Positions 1 through 9,086 of a DNA stretch of 64,000 nucleotides are shown in pieces (the stretch's first letter is position 1; the number at the start of each line of letters is the position of its first letter). The stretch is from Agathobacter rectalis (lineage in GTDB: Bacteria; Bacteroidota; Bacteroidia; Bacteroidales; Muribaculaceae): NCBI GenBank assembly GCA_963625945.1, contig CAVFVP010000001.1, positions 8,666 to 72,665 of the forward strand, in the 5' to 3' direction. Made by a program: the position numbers and the translations under genes. The notes beneath the pieces were generated by a model. The model had not been told where the DNA came from. It did no database searches and saw nothing but the letters and a program-made list of their open reading frames with translations.

Positions 1-1
1 C

Positions 2-493
2 CATCCGGGTATGAAACTGATTATTGCGCCGCATGAGTTTGACGACGAGCGTCTGGCAGCCATCAAGAGCAGCATAAGCCGCCCCGCCGGATTGTATTCC
101 AAGACCGACGAAGACACTGCCGCAAGTCTCGACTGCCTCATAATCGACTGTTTCGGCATACTGTCGTCGCTATACTCCTACGGACAAATGGCATATGTGG
201 GCGGAGGTTTCGGCGCCGGCATTCACAATGTGAACGAGGCTGCCGTGTTTGGCATTCCCGTGGTGTTCGGGCCCAAGTTCGGCAAGTTCAAGGAGGCCAG
301 CGACCTGATTGCGTGCGGCGGTGGCTTCAGCATCTCCGGCGACAGTGACTTTGCCGACGTGATGGCCACACTAACCCACAGCACCAATGAGTTGCACAAG
401 CGGGGAGCCATTGCCGGCAACTACATCAAGACCCACACCGGAGCCACCGAATTCATCTATGCCGCTATTTTCGGCAACAGGCACAAGGCTTAG
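2..493 (+). CDS. waaA: 3-deoxy-D-manno-octulosonic acid (Kdo) transferase, C-terminal part (5' end outside window)
   Basis: LIIAPHE, IIDCFGILSSLY, AYVGGGFGAGIHNVNEAAVFGIPVVFGP are typical of the WaaA/KdtA C-terminal domain; frame is open to the window edge. Confidence 0.9.
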   Translation, partial: HPGMKLIIAPHEFDDERLAAIKSSISRPAGLYSKTDEDTAASLDCLIIDCFGILSSLYSYGQMAYVGGGFGAGIHNVNEAAVFGIPVVFGPKFGKFKEASDLIACGGGFSISGDSDFADVMATLTHSTNELHKRGAIAGNYIKTHTGATEFIYAAIFGNRHKA

Positions 494-670
494 CAACATA
501 GAGCCACAATCCGCGGCAGAAAGCCGCCTGCCGTAAGCCGCCACACGCCCCCGGAATTTGACGCCGCGGCAAAAAAGCCGATGATTTTTAACACAAAATA
601 AGATTTCCCGAGCACTATAAATAACAGTTAAGTTCTATTTTTGCATAAGCGTAAGCAAATATTCAGAACT

Positions 671-1585
671 ATGCCCGACGACAAAAACGCACATAAAGAG
701 GAACGACTGAAAGAGCTAAATTTCAACGATGTCCCATCGATAAAGGGCGTCAGCTACTACGACGGCGAAATGGCATTTGCCGACGATGTCATAACGCTCC
801 CCATGCTTGTCAAAGCCTACAAAGTGAACTTCAACCTGCTGGTGTTTTGCCTGGCCGGCCAACTCGACATACGTCTGGGAGGCAAGCCTTACCGGGTGGG
901 ACCAAACGAGGGCCTGCTCGTGAACTCACACAACGTGATAAGCGATGTGGTGGTGGGCGAGGGATTCCAATGCAAGATTCTGGGCATCAGCAACGACGTG
1001 GAATACACATTCATCCACCGCAGCATCATCGACACATTCCTCAACTTGTGTGAAAACCCGTTGCTTCGCTTCACGCAAGACGAGATAGACATGTTCAGCA
1101 AATACTACGAGCTGGCTCTCTACAAGATTGCGCACCCAAATTTGAGTTACGGACGCGAGACCAAACAATGCCTGCTTCGTGCCTATCTGCTCGACATCAT
1201 CGACTGTGTGAACCGCCATCTGAACGATGAGGGCAACTCGCGAATGCTCCACCAGAGCGACAAGATATTCCGCCGATTCCTATTGTTGCTGTCGGGCTCG
1301 CACAACCAGGAGCGCACGGTCAAGTCGTTTGCCGCCGAACTGTGCGTGACGCCCAAATACCTCACCAGCGTGTGCCGCAGCCTCTCGGGCCGCACAGCAA
1401 GCGAGATTATCACGAGCAACACCGTGAGCCGCGTGCGCCAGCAACTCCTCTACAGCGACCGCACAATCAAGGAGATTGCTGCCTACATGGGTTTTGACAA
1501 CCTATCGTTTTTCGGCAAATTCGTAAAAAAACACCTAGGGGCCTCACCAAACAACTACCGCCGCAACAACCACTACGGCGAATAG
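671..1585 (+). CDS. AraC-family transcriptional regulator
   Basis: C-terminal double HTH (FAAELCVTPKYLT...TIKEIAAYMGFDNLSFFGKFVKKHLGASPNNYR); ATG 671 chosen because a TATTTTTG -7 element lies at 636-643. Confidence 0.9.
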   Translation: MPDDKNAHKEERLKELNFNDVPSIKGVSYYDGEMAFADDVITLPMLVKAYKVNFNLLVFCLAGQLDIRLGGKPYRVGPNEGLLVNSHNVISDVVVGEGFQCKILGISNDVEYTFIHRSIIDTFLNLCENPLLRFTQDEIDMFSKYYELALYKIAHPNLSYGRETKQCLLRAYLLDIIDCVNRHLNDEGNSRMLHQSDKIFRRFLLLLSGSHNQERTVKSFAAELCVTPKYLTSVCRSLSGRTASEIITSNTVSRVRQQLLYSDRTIKEIAAYMGFDNLSFFGKFVKKHLGASPNNYRRNNHYGE

Positions 1586-1805
1586 CGCGCCATAAGCTCG
1601 TTGCGCTCAAGGCCGTGCTTGGCGTTGAGGTATTTCTCCACTGCGTCGATGTCGGGCGGGAACTTCTTGGCATCCTCCTTGCCGTGGGATACCTTGACCA
1701 CGTGCTTGCCGTCTTTTGAAATATAAACGTCGGAATCCTTTCCGCGGCCAAGAGGCTCTTTTGCATCAGTGAAATCCTTGACCGAAGTGCGCCAGTTGCC
1801 GGTGG

Positions 1806-2021
1806 CTATTGCCCACCCTTTGAGGAGCTCTTTCTTCTTCTCCTCAATTCTTCTCTTTCCTTCTGCACGAGTTCTGCCATTCTTTGGGACTGCGCTTTCG
1901 CATATTCGTGAGAAAAGCACATCGACTGCACCCGCGCGTTCTCCTTCATACACTCCTCGTAATGCTTTCGATGGAAGTCGTTGAGAAAGAGGTCTTCTGT
2001 ATCTGTTGTATGGTGTGACAT
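1806..2021 (-). CDS. Overprinted 71-aa charged helical protein nested in the kinase ORF in a different frame
   Basis: ATG with A at -3 lies 25 nt downstream of a consensus promoter; protein-like amphipathic sequence (EDLFLNDFHRKHYEECMKENARVQSM...). Confidence 0.55.
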   Translation of the reverse strand: MSHHTTDTEDLFLNDFHRKHYEECMKENARVQSMCFSHEYAKAQSQRMAELVQKEREELRRRRKSSSKGGQ

Positions 2022-2046
2022 GCTCTATGTAGTTATCTATCTGCCG

Positions 2047-2077
2047 CAAAGTTAGGTCATCGAAGTCGCCCTTCAAA
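2047..2077 (-). promoter_or_regulatory. Bacteroidota primary-sigma promoter inside the kinase ORF
   Basis: Minus strand reads TTTG (2077-2074) - 19 nt - TAACTTTG (2054-2047), matching the -33/-7 consensus TTTG-N19-21-TAnnTTTG. Confidence 0.65.
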
Positions 2078-2225
2078 ACGTTTTCATACATTTCTTTGCG
2101 CTCCTTGCGTATTTCCTCCTCTTCGATGCGGCGGCGCCTACGCCAGTACGCGGGGCTCTTACCAGTGAGCATGAAGAAAATCGGCATCGGCATGTATGGG
2201 TGATTCCTTTTTTTGCCTGCATGCA

Positions 2226-2257
2226 TTTGCAGAACTTTCAATTTATCCTTAAATTTG
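2226..2257 (+). promoter_or_regulatory. Primary-sigma promoter for the alcohol dehydrogenase gene
   Basis: TTTG 2226-2229, 20-nt spacer, TAAATTTG 2250-2257. Confidence 0.6.
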
Positions 2258-2313
2258 AGCAGACTATTTGCATGAACCCGGAGGAGCCATCCCCCAAAAA
2301 GCTTTATGATATT

Positions 2314-3486
2314 ATGAGCAACATGAATTTCTCACTAAACATCCCCACCCACCTGATATTCGGTGCGGGACAACTCTCTAAACTGTCGGAACACCAATTG
2401 CCGGGAAAGAAAGCCCTCATAGTGATTTCGGCGGGAGTCTCGATGAAAAAATACGGTTATCTCGACAAGGTGCGCCAGCAGCTGAGCAAAGCCGGAGCAG
2501 AAAGCATAGTGTTTGACAAGATACTCCCCAACCCGGTGAAACGTCACGTGGCCGAAGGTGCAAAACTATGCTGCGACGAGCAGTGCGATTTCATAGTGGG
2601 GCTTGGGGGCGGCAGCTCAATCGACACGGCCAAAGCCATTGCCGTAGCCGCCTGCAACGACGGCGACTTTTGGGACTATGTGGACAGCGGCAGCGGTAAG
2701 GGTAAGCCCATTGGCAACACTATGCCATTGGTAGCCATCCCCACCACAGCCGGCACAGGCACCGAGATCGACCCGTGGTGCGTGATCACCGACGAGGAGA
2801 CCAACGAGAAACTAGGGTTCGGCAACGTGAAGTTGTTCCCGGTGCTGGCGATTGTGGATCCGCTGACCATGGTGTCGATTCCGCCAAAGTTGACAGCCTA
2901 TCAGGGATTTGACGCGTTTTTCCATGCAGCCGAGGGTTACATCAACAGCAAGCGGCACACACCAGTCAGCGATATGTATGCCCTTGAAGCCATACGCTTG
3001 CTGGCCAAATATCTGCCCGTGGCCGTGGCCGACGGGGCCAACCTCAAGGCGCGCGAGAAGGTGGCATGGGCCAGCACCCTTGCCGGCATGGTTGAAAGCA
3101 CGAGCTGCTGCACCGGAGAGCACGCCATGGAACATGCCTTGAGCGCATTTTTCCCGAAGCTGCCCCACGGCGCAGGCCTCATAGCCATATGCCGTGCCTA
3201 CTACAAGACCTTCAAGAACGACAGCATGAAGCGCTATATGAAGATGGCCGAGAAGATGACACAGCAAAAGAGCGCACGCCCGAGCGATTTCCTCGATGCT
3301 CTCGACGTGATGCTGCACGAGTGCAAAGTCGACAGCATACGGCTTAGCGACTGGGGCATCACCCCTGCCGACTTCGACCGCTTTGCCGACAATGCGATTG
3401 CCACCGGCGGTGCCATGCTTGACTTTGATCCGCGCTTCCTCACCCGTGAGGAAATCATCGACATTTACCAAGCATCGTATAAGTAA
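2314..3486 (+). CDS. Iron-containing (group III) alcohol dehydrogenase
   Basis: GLGGGSSIDTAK, IPTTAGTGTE, GFDAFFHAAE, EHAMEHALS and LPHGAGL Fe-ADH motifs. Confidence 0.92.
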   Translation: MSNMNFSLNIPTHLIFGAGQLSKLSEHQLPGKKALIVISAGVSMKKYGYLDKVRQQLSKAGAESIVFDKILPNPVKRHVAEGAKLCCDEQCDFIVGLGGGSSIDTAKAIAVAACNDGDFWDYVDSGSGKGKPIGNTMPLVAIPTTAGTGTEIDPWCVITDEETNEKLGFGNVKLFPVLAIVDPLTMVSIPPKLTAYQGFDAFFHAAEGYINSKRHTPVSDMYALEAIRLLAKYLPVAVADGANLKAREKVAWASTLAGMVESTSCCTGEHAMEHALSAFFPKLPHGAGLIAICRAYYKTFKNDSMKRYMKMAEKMTQQKSARPSDFLDALDVMLHECKVDSIRLSDWGITPADFDRFADNAIATGGAMLDFDPRFLTREEIIDIYQASYK

Positions 3487-3507
3487 GCTATACGCCGATT
3501 GGCGCAC

Positions 3508-3565
3508 AAAAAAAACAGACGCCCCGCCCAAGCGCACACAAGCTGCACTTGGGCGGGGAATCTGT
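3508..3565 (-). terminator. Intrinsic terminator (minus strand)
   Basis: CCCCGCCCAAG...CTTGGGCGGGG stem followed by a U8 tract on the minus strand. Confidence 0.75.
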
Positions 3566-3855
3566 CATATACGCTGTCACCCCACATTGCACGATGCACC
3601 AAAGCCGGCGCATCGAGTCACAGGCGCACACGACACAGCCAGTTGACATGTATCTGTCAACTGAATCCAATACGAACCCTCACGCACACTGATGCGCGCA
3701 TCAAGGGAGTACTCTATGAGGTGTTTGCCGATTGAGTGGTTAATTCAATGAGGCTTCTTTGAGATTTGGTTTTAGTGAAGTGAAGGGAAGAATTTCAAGG
3801 CACGTTGTTCTTCATGAAAGTTAAACTTTCAGTTCCTTAACATTCAAAAAATATT

Positions 3856-4068
3856 TTACTCGTCAAGAAGGTTCAGCTGATATGCTTTGCCTATAAGCTC
3901 GGCCACATTGCGTGAGAGGGTTTTGCGCAGCAGCTGCTTGCGGTGGTATTGCACCGTGTTGATTGAGATAAACAGTTTTTCTGAAATCTCGCGGCTGTTA
4001 AGACCCTTCACAAGGTGTGTGAGCACCTCTTTTTCTCGTTCCGTCAATTCCATTTTATGGGCTACCAT
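3856..4068 (-). CDS. Stand-alone LuxR/GerE-type HTH regulator (70 aa)
   Basis: LTEREKEVL...GLNSREISEKLFISINTVQYHRKQLLRK LuxR HTH signature, with no receiver or sensor domain. Confidence 0.9.
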   Translation of the reverse strand: MVAHKMELTEREKEVLTHLVKGLNSREISEKLFISINTVQYHRKQLLRKTLSRNVAELIGKAYQLNLLDE

Positions 4069-4512
4069 ATATTAATTATTAATGATCATATGATTTTGTC
4101 AACTACAAATTTAACCACACAAGCACATTGTTTCCAAATATTTAGCACAATTTCCAATTACTGAAAAATCAAAACTACAGTTTTAGGTAGCCGACCAAAT
4201 TGACCACAAATATAAGAAAATAAGAACACCATTCTCCCAAAGCAATAGCCATCACGGGCCTACATAGTGCAAAAACACGCAGCGCAGGCTAAACACAAAC
4301 ACACATTTTTCCACAAAACAGCCGCTTTTGATGTCGTTTTTCCAGCATAAATGCTATTTTATTATTCTTTTTGCTACTATAATTTTATTTTTATATCTTT
4401 TTGCACTACATTTGCACCATTAAATAGCAAAAGGCCACTGCCAACCAAAGAAATGCAGACAAAACCGCATAAAGCAATGGCCACATAAAAGTTTCAAAAA
4501 AACCACGAGCCT

Positions 4513-5547
4513 ATGGCACTCATAACCCCCAAGCATTACAAGCAGCGACTGCTGCCCGAGACCACCGAAGTGGCAATTAAATTAGTGAAAGATGCTTTTC
4601 AGCAAAAGTTGTCGCACTCGCTGCACCTGCGCCGCGTGACGGCACCGCTGTTTGTACTCAGCGGCACTGGAATCAACGATAACCTTAACGGAGTGGAGCC
4701 CCCGGTGGGATTCGACATTGCCTGCATGAACGGCTGTCACGCCGAAGTGGTGCACTCGCTCGCCAAGTGGAAGCGGCTGAAACTCGGCGCCTATGGCATA
4801 GCCCCCGGCTATGGCCTATACACCGACATGAACGCCATACGCACCACTGAAACTCTCGACAACATGCACTCACTCTACGTTGACCAATGGGACTGGGAGA
4901 AAGTGATAACCGAAACCGACCGCACGCTCGACTACCTGAAGAGCACCGTGCGCAGTATCTACCAGGCTGTGCGCGAGACCGAGCAAGTGGTATACGAGCA
5001 TTTCCCCCACATCACGCCACGTCTGCCCGAGAACATACACTTTGTACACTCGCAACAGCTAGCCGATGAATACCCCGAGCTGAGTCCGCGCGAGCGCGAG
5101 ACAAAAGCAGCCAAGCGTCACGGCGCCATATTCGTGATTGGCATTGGCGCCCCACTTGCCGATGGCGAGCCACACGACGGACGTTCGCCCGACTACGATG
5201 ACTGGATAAGCGTCAACTCCGACGGCTACCAAGGCCTTAACGGCGACATCATCGTGTGGGATGACGTGCTCGAAATCCCGTTTGAGCTGTCGTCGATGGG
5301 CATCCGCGTAAGCCCTGAGTCGCTACACCGCCAACTCGAAGCGCAACACTGCACCGACCGCGAGGAGCTGCCGTTCCACAAGGCGCTGCTCGAGGGACGC
5401 CTGCCCTACTCCATAGGCGGTGGCATAGGTCAAAGCCGGCTGTGCATGTACCTACTGCAAAAGGCCCACATAGGTGAAGTGCAAGCCAGCATCTGGCCCG
5501 AAGAGCAAATCAAGCAGTGTGCCAGCGCCGGCATCACGCTCATGTAG
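4513..5547 (+). CDS. asnA: Aspartate--ammonia ligase
   Basis: INDNLNGVE, EVVHSLAKWKR, HSLYVDQWDWEKVI, SIGGGIGQSRL, HIGEVQAS; TACATTTG -7 element at 4407-4414. Confidence 0.97.
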   Translation: MALITPKHYKQRLLPETTEVAIKLVKDAFQQKLSHSLHLRRVTAPLFVLSGTGINDNLNGVEPPVGFDIACMNGCHAEVVHSLAKWKRLKLGAYGIAPGYGLYTDMNAIRTTETLDNMHSLYVDQWDWEKVITETDRTLDYLKSTVRSIYQAVRETEQVVYEHFPHITPRLPENIHFVHSQQLADEYPELSPRERETKAAKRHGAIFVIGIGAPLADGEPHDGRSPDYDDWISVNSDGYQGLNGDIIVWDDVLEIPFELSSMGIRVSPESLHRQLEAQHCTDREELPFHKALLEGRLPYSIGGGIGQSRLCMYLLQKAHIGEVQASIWPEEQIKQCASAGITLM

Positions 5548-5639
5548 CCGGCGGCACCATAACAAACGGCACAAATTGGCAAAACAGAGCCGAAAGCACA
5601 ATAAAAAATGCAGAGCAGACAAATATTTTGCCTTAAAAA

Positions 5640-5671
5640 TTTGGGATTCCGAAAAAAATGTGCTACCTTTG
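5640..5671 (+). promoter_or_regulatory. Promoter of tRNA-Asp
   Basis: TTTG-N20-TACCTTTG; the tRNA-Lys promoter shares TACCTTTGCAnTCGCAA. Confidence 0.7.
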
Positions 5672-5712
5672 CACTCGCAATCGGGGAGAAATCCGATGGC
5701 AAATCCCAAAAT

Positions 5713-5786
5713 GGTGCGTTAGTTCAGCTGGTTAGAATACATGCCTGTCACGCATGGGGTCACGGGTTCGAGTCCCGTACGCACCG
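5713..5786 (+). tRNA. tRNA-Asp (GTC)
   Basis: Acceptor stem GGTGCGT/ACGCACC, D-arm AGTTCAGCTGGTTAGAAT, anticodon arm CATGC-CTGTCAC-GCATG, T-loop GGTTCGAGTCC; CCA not encoded. Confidence 0.97.
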
Positions 5787-5797
5787 CAAAGGAGAGA

Positions 5798-5842
5798 GAT
5801 GAGCAGTCGAGTGTCACACACACCGATTGCTCATCATTTTTT
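5798..5842 (+). terminator. Intrinsic terminator after tRNA-Asp
   Basis: GATGAGCAGTCG...CGATTGCTCATC stem followed by T6. Confidence 0.75.
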
Positions 5843-6026
5843 ACCCGCCACACACAGCCGTCCAACATCATAGCAGGGTTTAAATTTCGTGCAGCCCTCA
5901 TTTTTTACTAACTTTGCATAAATTGGGCAACTAAGGGGTTGATTGGTGTTTGTCGTAGTACCAATGCCCGCCCCCTATACCAATACACACATTTCACCAA
6001 CGTCACATCACAGTTTAACGACAGAC

Positions 6027-8132
6027 ATGAATCGAATCAAAACCGCAGCAAGCCACATTAAAATGGTCGCCACAACAGTAGTGGTACTGATAATTGTGAC
6101 CGCCTGCGCCAACATAGGTTCGCCCGAGGGCGGGCCACGCGACTATACCCCACCTAGGGTGACGAAGACGTCGCCAGCCAACGGAGCCCTTGATTTCAAG
6201 GGCAACAAGGTGGAAATCACCTTCGACGAAATAGTGCAGCTGAAAGACCAGCAGTCGAAAGTGGTGGTGTCGCCGGCCCAGAAGAGCCAGCCATCGATAA
6301 AGAACCTGGGGCGCAAAATCACGGTTGAGTTCCGCGACACACTGTTGCCCAACACCACCTATGTGATCGATTTCACCAACTCAATCGAAGACAACAACGA
6401 GGGCAACGTGCTCGACGGTTACAGCTATGCATTCTCGACAGGCGACAAAATAGACTCGATGCAAATATCGGGCATGGTGCTGCGTGCCAACGATCTTGAG
6501 CCCATGCAACACGTGCTGGTGGGTCTGCACAGCAACTTGAACGACACGGCATTTACCACCACGCCATTCGAACGCATATGCCGCACCAACGACCGCGGCC
6601 AGTTCACCATGCGCAACCTCAAGCCAGGCAAGTACCACGTGTTTGCCCTCAACGACATGGACGGCAACTACCTCATGGCCCGCACCGAAGACATGGCATT
6701 CTGCGACAGCGTGATTGTACCATCGGTGACAAGCTACACGTCGCAAGACACCGTGTTCACATTCGACCACCGGGTCGACACAGTGGTCACAGCCACACAC
6801 AGCGAGTACCACCCCAACAACGTGTTGCTGTGCATGTTTAACGAGAACTACAAGCAGCAATACCTGAAGACCTACCAACGCCTGAGCGACAACCGCCTCT
6901 ACATAGGCATGGGAGCTCCCGCCAAAGCCCTGCCCGAGCTGCGCATCATCAGCCCCGAGCGCCACAACGCCAAGTGGAACCGGCTTGAGCGCAACGCAGC
7001 CGGCGACTCACTAATCTATTGGCTCACCGACTCAAGTCTGATCAAGAGCGACAGCATTGCCATTGAGGTGAGCTACATGCGCACCCCGCCGAGCGGCATC
7101 GACACACTGGTGGCCGCTACCGACACGCTGCAGTTTGCCTTGCGGCGCAACAGCGCGCAACTCAAGCAGCAAGAGCAACTGCGCAAAGAGCGCGAAAAAC
7201 GCGACAAGGAAATCAGCCAGCTCATCGAGAAGCGCGACAAGACAGCAGCCGCAGGCAAAGACGCCACCGAGATAGAGCTCGACATCGCCGCCCTGCGCAA
7301 GGAGCAGGAGGCCGAAATCCCCGTTCTGAAGACACCACTCGAATCGACCGACATCGGCGTTGCCGATTCGATTGCCATAAAATTCGACGTACCCATCGAC
7401 ACCATCTACAACCGGCGCATTCACCTCAGGCAGATGCAGGCCGACAGTTCGTGGGTCGAAATAAAGCTGCCGCCGATGGTCAAGGCCAACAGCTGGAACG
7501 AGATGCGCTACGTGATACCGATGCGCCTCACCCCTGGCGGCGAATACAAGCTCACCATCGACTCCACAGCAATCTACTCGATCTACAACATCACCAACAA
7601 AGCCCTTGAGCAAAACCTGAAAGTGAAAACGCTCGAAGAATATGCCAACCTTTACTTCAGGGTGAGCAACCTGGGCGGCAAGCCGGCATTTGTGGAGCTG
7701 CTGAACGGCAGCGACAAACCCGTGATGAAATCGACAGTCAAGGCCAACGGCGAAGCCGCTTTCGAGAATGTGACTCCCGGCACCTACTATGCACGGCTCA
7801 CCCTCGACGCCAACGGCAACGGCATTTGGGACACCGGCAACTACAACCGCCACGTCCAGCCCGAAGAGGTGTATTACTTTCCAAAACCGCTTAAACTGCG
7901 CCGCAATTGGGATGTGGAGCAAGCATGGGACATCTACTCACTGCCGCTCGACTTGCAGAAGCCCGACGACGTGCGCCGCAACAAGCCCGAGTCGCGCAAC
8001 AACCTGCTCAACAAGACCGACAACAAAAAGAAGACCAGCGACGACGAAGAAGAAGACGAGTTCAACAACTCAAGCTTCGGGCGCAATGCCTACAGCGGCA
8101 ACAAATACAACGATTACCGCAACCAGCGCTAA
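6027..8132 (+). CDS. Ig-like (Big_5/SbsA-type) domain lipoprotein
   Basis: Lipobox IVTAC followed by ANIGSPEGGPRDYTPP, ITFDEIV, LLPNTTYVIDF, D-x-N-G-N-G-x-W-D-T-G-N; conserved Bacteroidales architecture. Confidence 0.82.
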   Translation: MNRIKTAASHIKMVATTVVVLIIVTACANIGSPEGGPRDYTPPRVTKTSPANGALDFKGNKVEITFDEIVQLKDQQSKVVVSPAQKSQPSIKNLGRKITVEFRDTLLPNTTYVIDFTNSIEDNNEGNVLDGYSYAFSTGDKIDSMQISGMVLRANDLEPMQHVLVGLHSNLNDTAFTTTPFERICRTNDRGQFTMRNLKPGKYHVFALNDMDGNYLMARTEDMAFCDSVIVPSVTSYTSQDTVFTFDHRVDTVVTATHSEYHPNNVLLCMFNENYKQQYLKTYQRLSDNRLYIGMGAPAKALPELRIISPERHNAKWNRLERNAAGDSLIYWLTDSSLIKSDSIAIEVSYMRTPPSGIDTLVAATDTLQFALRRNSAQLKQQEQLRKEREKRDKEISQLIEKRDKTAAAGKDATEIELDIAALRKEQEAEIPVLKTPLESTDIGVADSIAIKFDVPIDTIYNRRIHLRQMQADSSWVEIKLPPMVKANSWNEMRYVIPMRLTPGGEYKLTIDSTAIYSIYNITNKALEQNLKVKTLEEYANLYFRVSNLGGKPAFVELLNGSDKPVMKSTVKANGEAAFENVTPGTYYARLTLDANGNGIWDTGNYNRHVQPEEVYYFPKPLKLRRNWDVEQAWDIYSLPLDLQKPDDVRRNKPESRNNLLNKTDNKKKTSDDEEEDEFNNSSFGRNAYSGNKYNDYRNQR

Positions 8133-8144
8133 AACGGCATAACG

Positions 8145-8196
8145 AACCCGGCCGCGTGCCGCTCACCACACACGGGAGCAAGCACGCGGCCGGGTT
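8145..8196. terminator. Hairpin between convergent genes (probable bidirectional terminator)
   Basis: AACCCGGCCGCGTGC...GCACGCGGCCGGGTT perfect 15-bp stem. Confidence 0.65.
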
Positions 8197-8228
8197 TCCT
8201 TAAACGCCCAGCAGCCGAAACGGCTCAG

Positions 8229-9086
8229 CTACCAGCTTGCGCCGGCGCCACCGCCGCCAAAACTGCCGCCGCCATAGTCGTCATCGCCCGAGCTACCCGA
8301 GCTGCTGTAGCCATCATCGTCATCAGTTCCACTGTAGCCACCCCTGCGGCGCCACACGTAGCCAAAAGCCACCCACAGCCAAAGGAACAGCCCCGCGCTG
8401 CCGTAGACCATCAGCATCACCCACATGTCGCTCTCGTCAGAATCCTGGGCTTCGGTTGCCGCATGGGCATCGGTGCGCACCGTAGCGTGCGACTTCACAT
8501 TCCGCTTAGCCGCCTCCATCGCATCATCAAACGTCAATGCTCCATCGGTCACAGGGACTATCACATCCACGGCAGCCCATACGCCAGCCGTGTAGTCGCC
8601 CTTCCTAAACTCCGCGAGCACCAATTCGTTGATTATCCGGCTGCAGTAGGCATCGGTCAAATCGCCCTCAAGCCCATAGCCGGTGGCTATGAACACGCCC
8701 CCGCGCCCCTCGCTTGAATTTGACGTCTTGGGCTTCACTAGAATCACTACACCCTTGTCGTTTTTGCCCACGCCCCATTTCTGTCCTATCTGCTGAGCCA
8801 TTTCGGCAATTTCCATTCCGCCCAGGCTGGGTAGCGTCACCACCACTATCTGAATGCCAGTGCGTCGCGAAAAGAGCCTTAACGTGTCGTCGATAGCCTT
8901 TGAATCTTTGATTACGCCGGCCTTGTCGACCACAAACTGTGCCGATGCCGGACGTTCGGGCACCTGCGCCGCAAGCCTGACCACGGCCACGGCCATCATC
9001 ACGGCCACGGCCAATAGCCGCCAAAGGCCGGTTGACTTCATCGTTTTCATAGTATACCACATTTTCCCTGTGCGACAATCACTCAA
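8229..9086 (-). CDS. TPM-domain (YgcG-like) membrane protein
   Basis: QIVVVTLPSL, WGVGK, FIATGYGLEGDLTD, one TM segment, Gly-rich tail GGGSFGGGGAGASW; downstream of lemA; true start may be 9049. Confidence 0.9.
   Translation of the reverse strand: MSDCRTGKMWYTMKTMKSTGLWRLLAVAVMMAVAVVRLAAQVPERPASAQFVVDKAGVIKDSKAIDDTLRLFSRRTGIQIVVVTLPSLGGMEIAEMAQQIGQKWGVGKNDKGVVILVKPKTSNSSEGRGGVFIATGYGLEGDLTDAYCSRIINELVLAEFRKGDYTAGVWAAVDVIVPVTDGALTFDDAMEAAKRNVKSHATVRTDAHAATEAQDSDESDMWVMLMVYGSAGLFLWLWVAFGYVWRRRGGYSGTDDDDGYSSSGSSGDDDYGGGSFGGGGAGASW

Larger units (their letters stand above)
1573..2193 (-). pseudogene. Truncated polyvalent-protein-type Ser/Thr kinase (Kinase-PolyVal-like) fragment
   Basis: LKGWAIATGNW...LGRGKDSDVYISKDGKHVVKVS resembles the Gly-rich loop and VxK lysine of a kinase N-lobe; ORF ends about 30 aa later without catalytic loop or metal-binding motif, running into the araC 3' end. 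Confidence 0.6.

Noticed and set aside
4344..4410. AGCAT-AA-ATGCT palindrome and AT-rich repeats upstream of asnA as an AsnC/Lrp operator
   Set aside because: Plausible, but one base shorter than the Lrp-type consensus and in AT-rich sequence; too weak to call.
5713..5950. tRNA-Asp as an integration site for a genomic island
   Set aside because: Followed directly by a terminator and a conserved lipoprotein gene; no integrase or duplicated tRNA 3' end seen.
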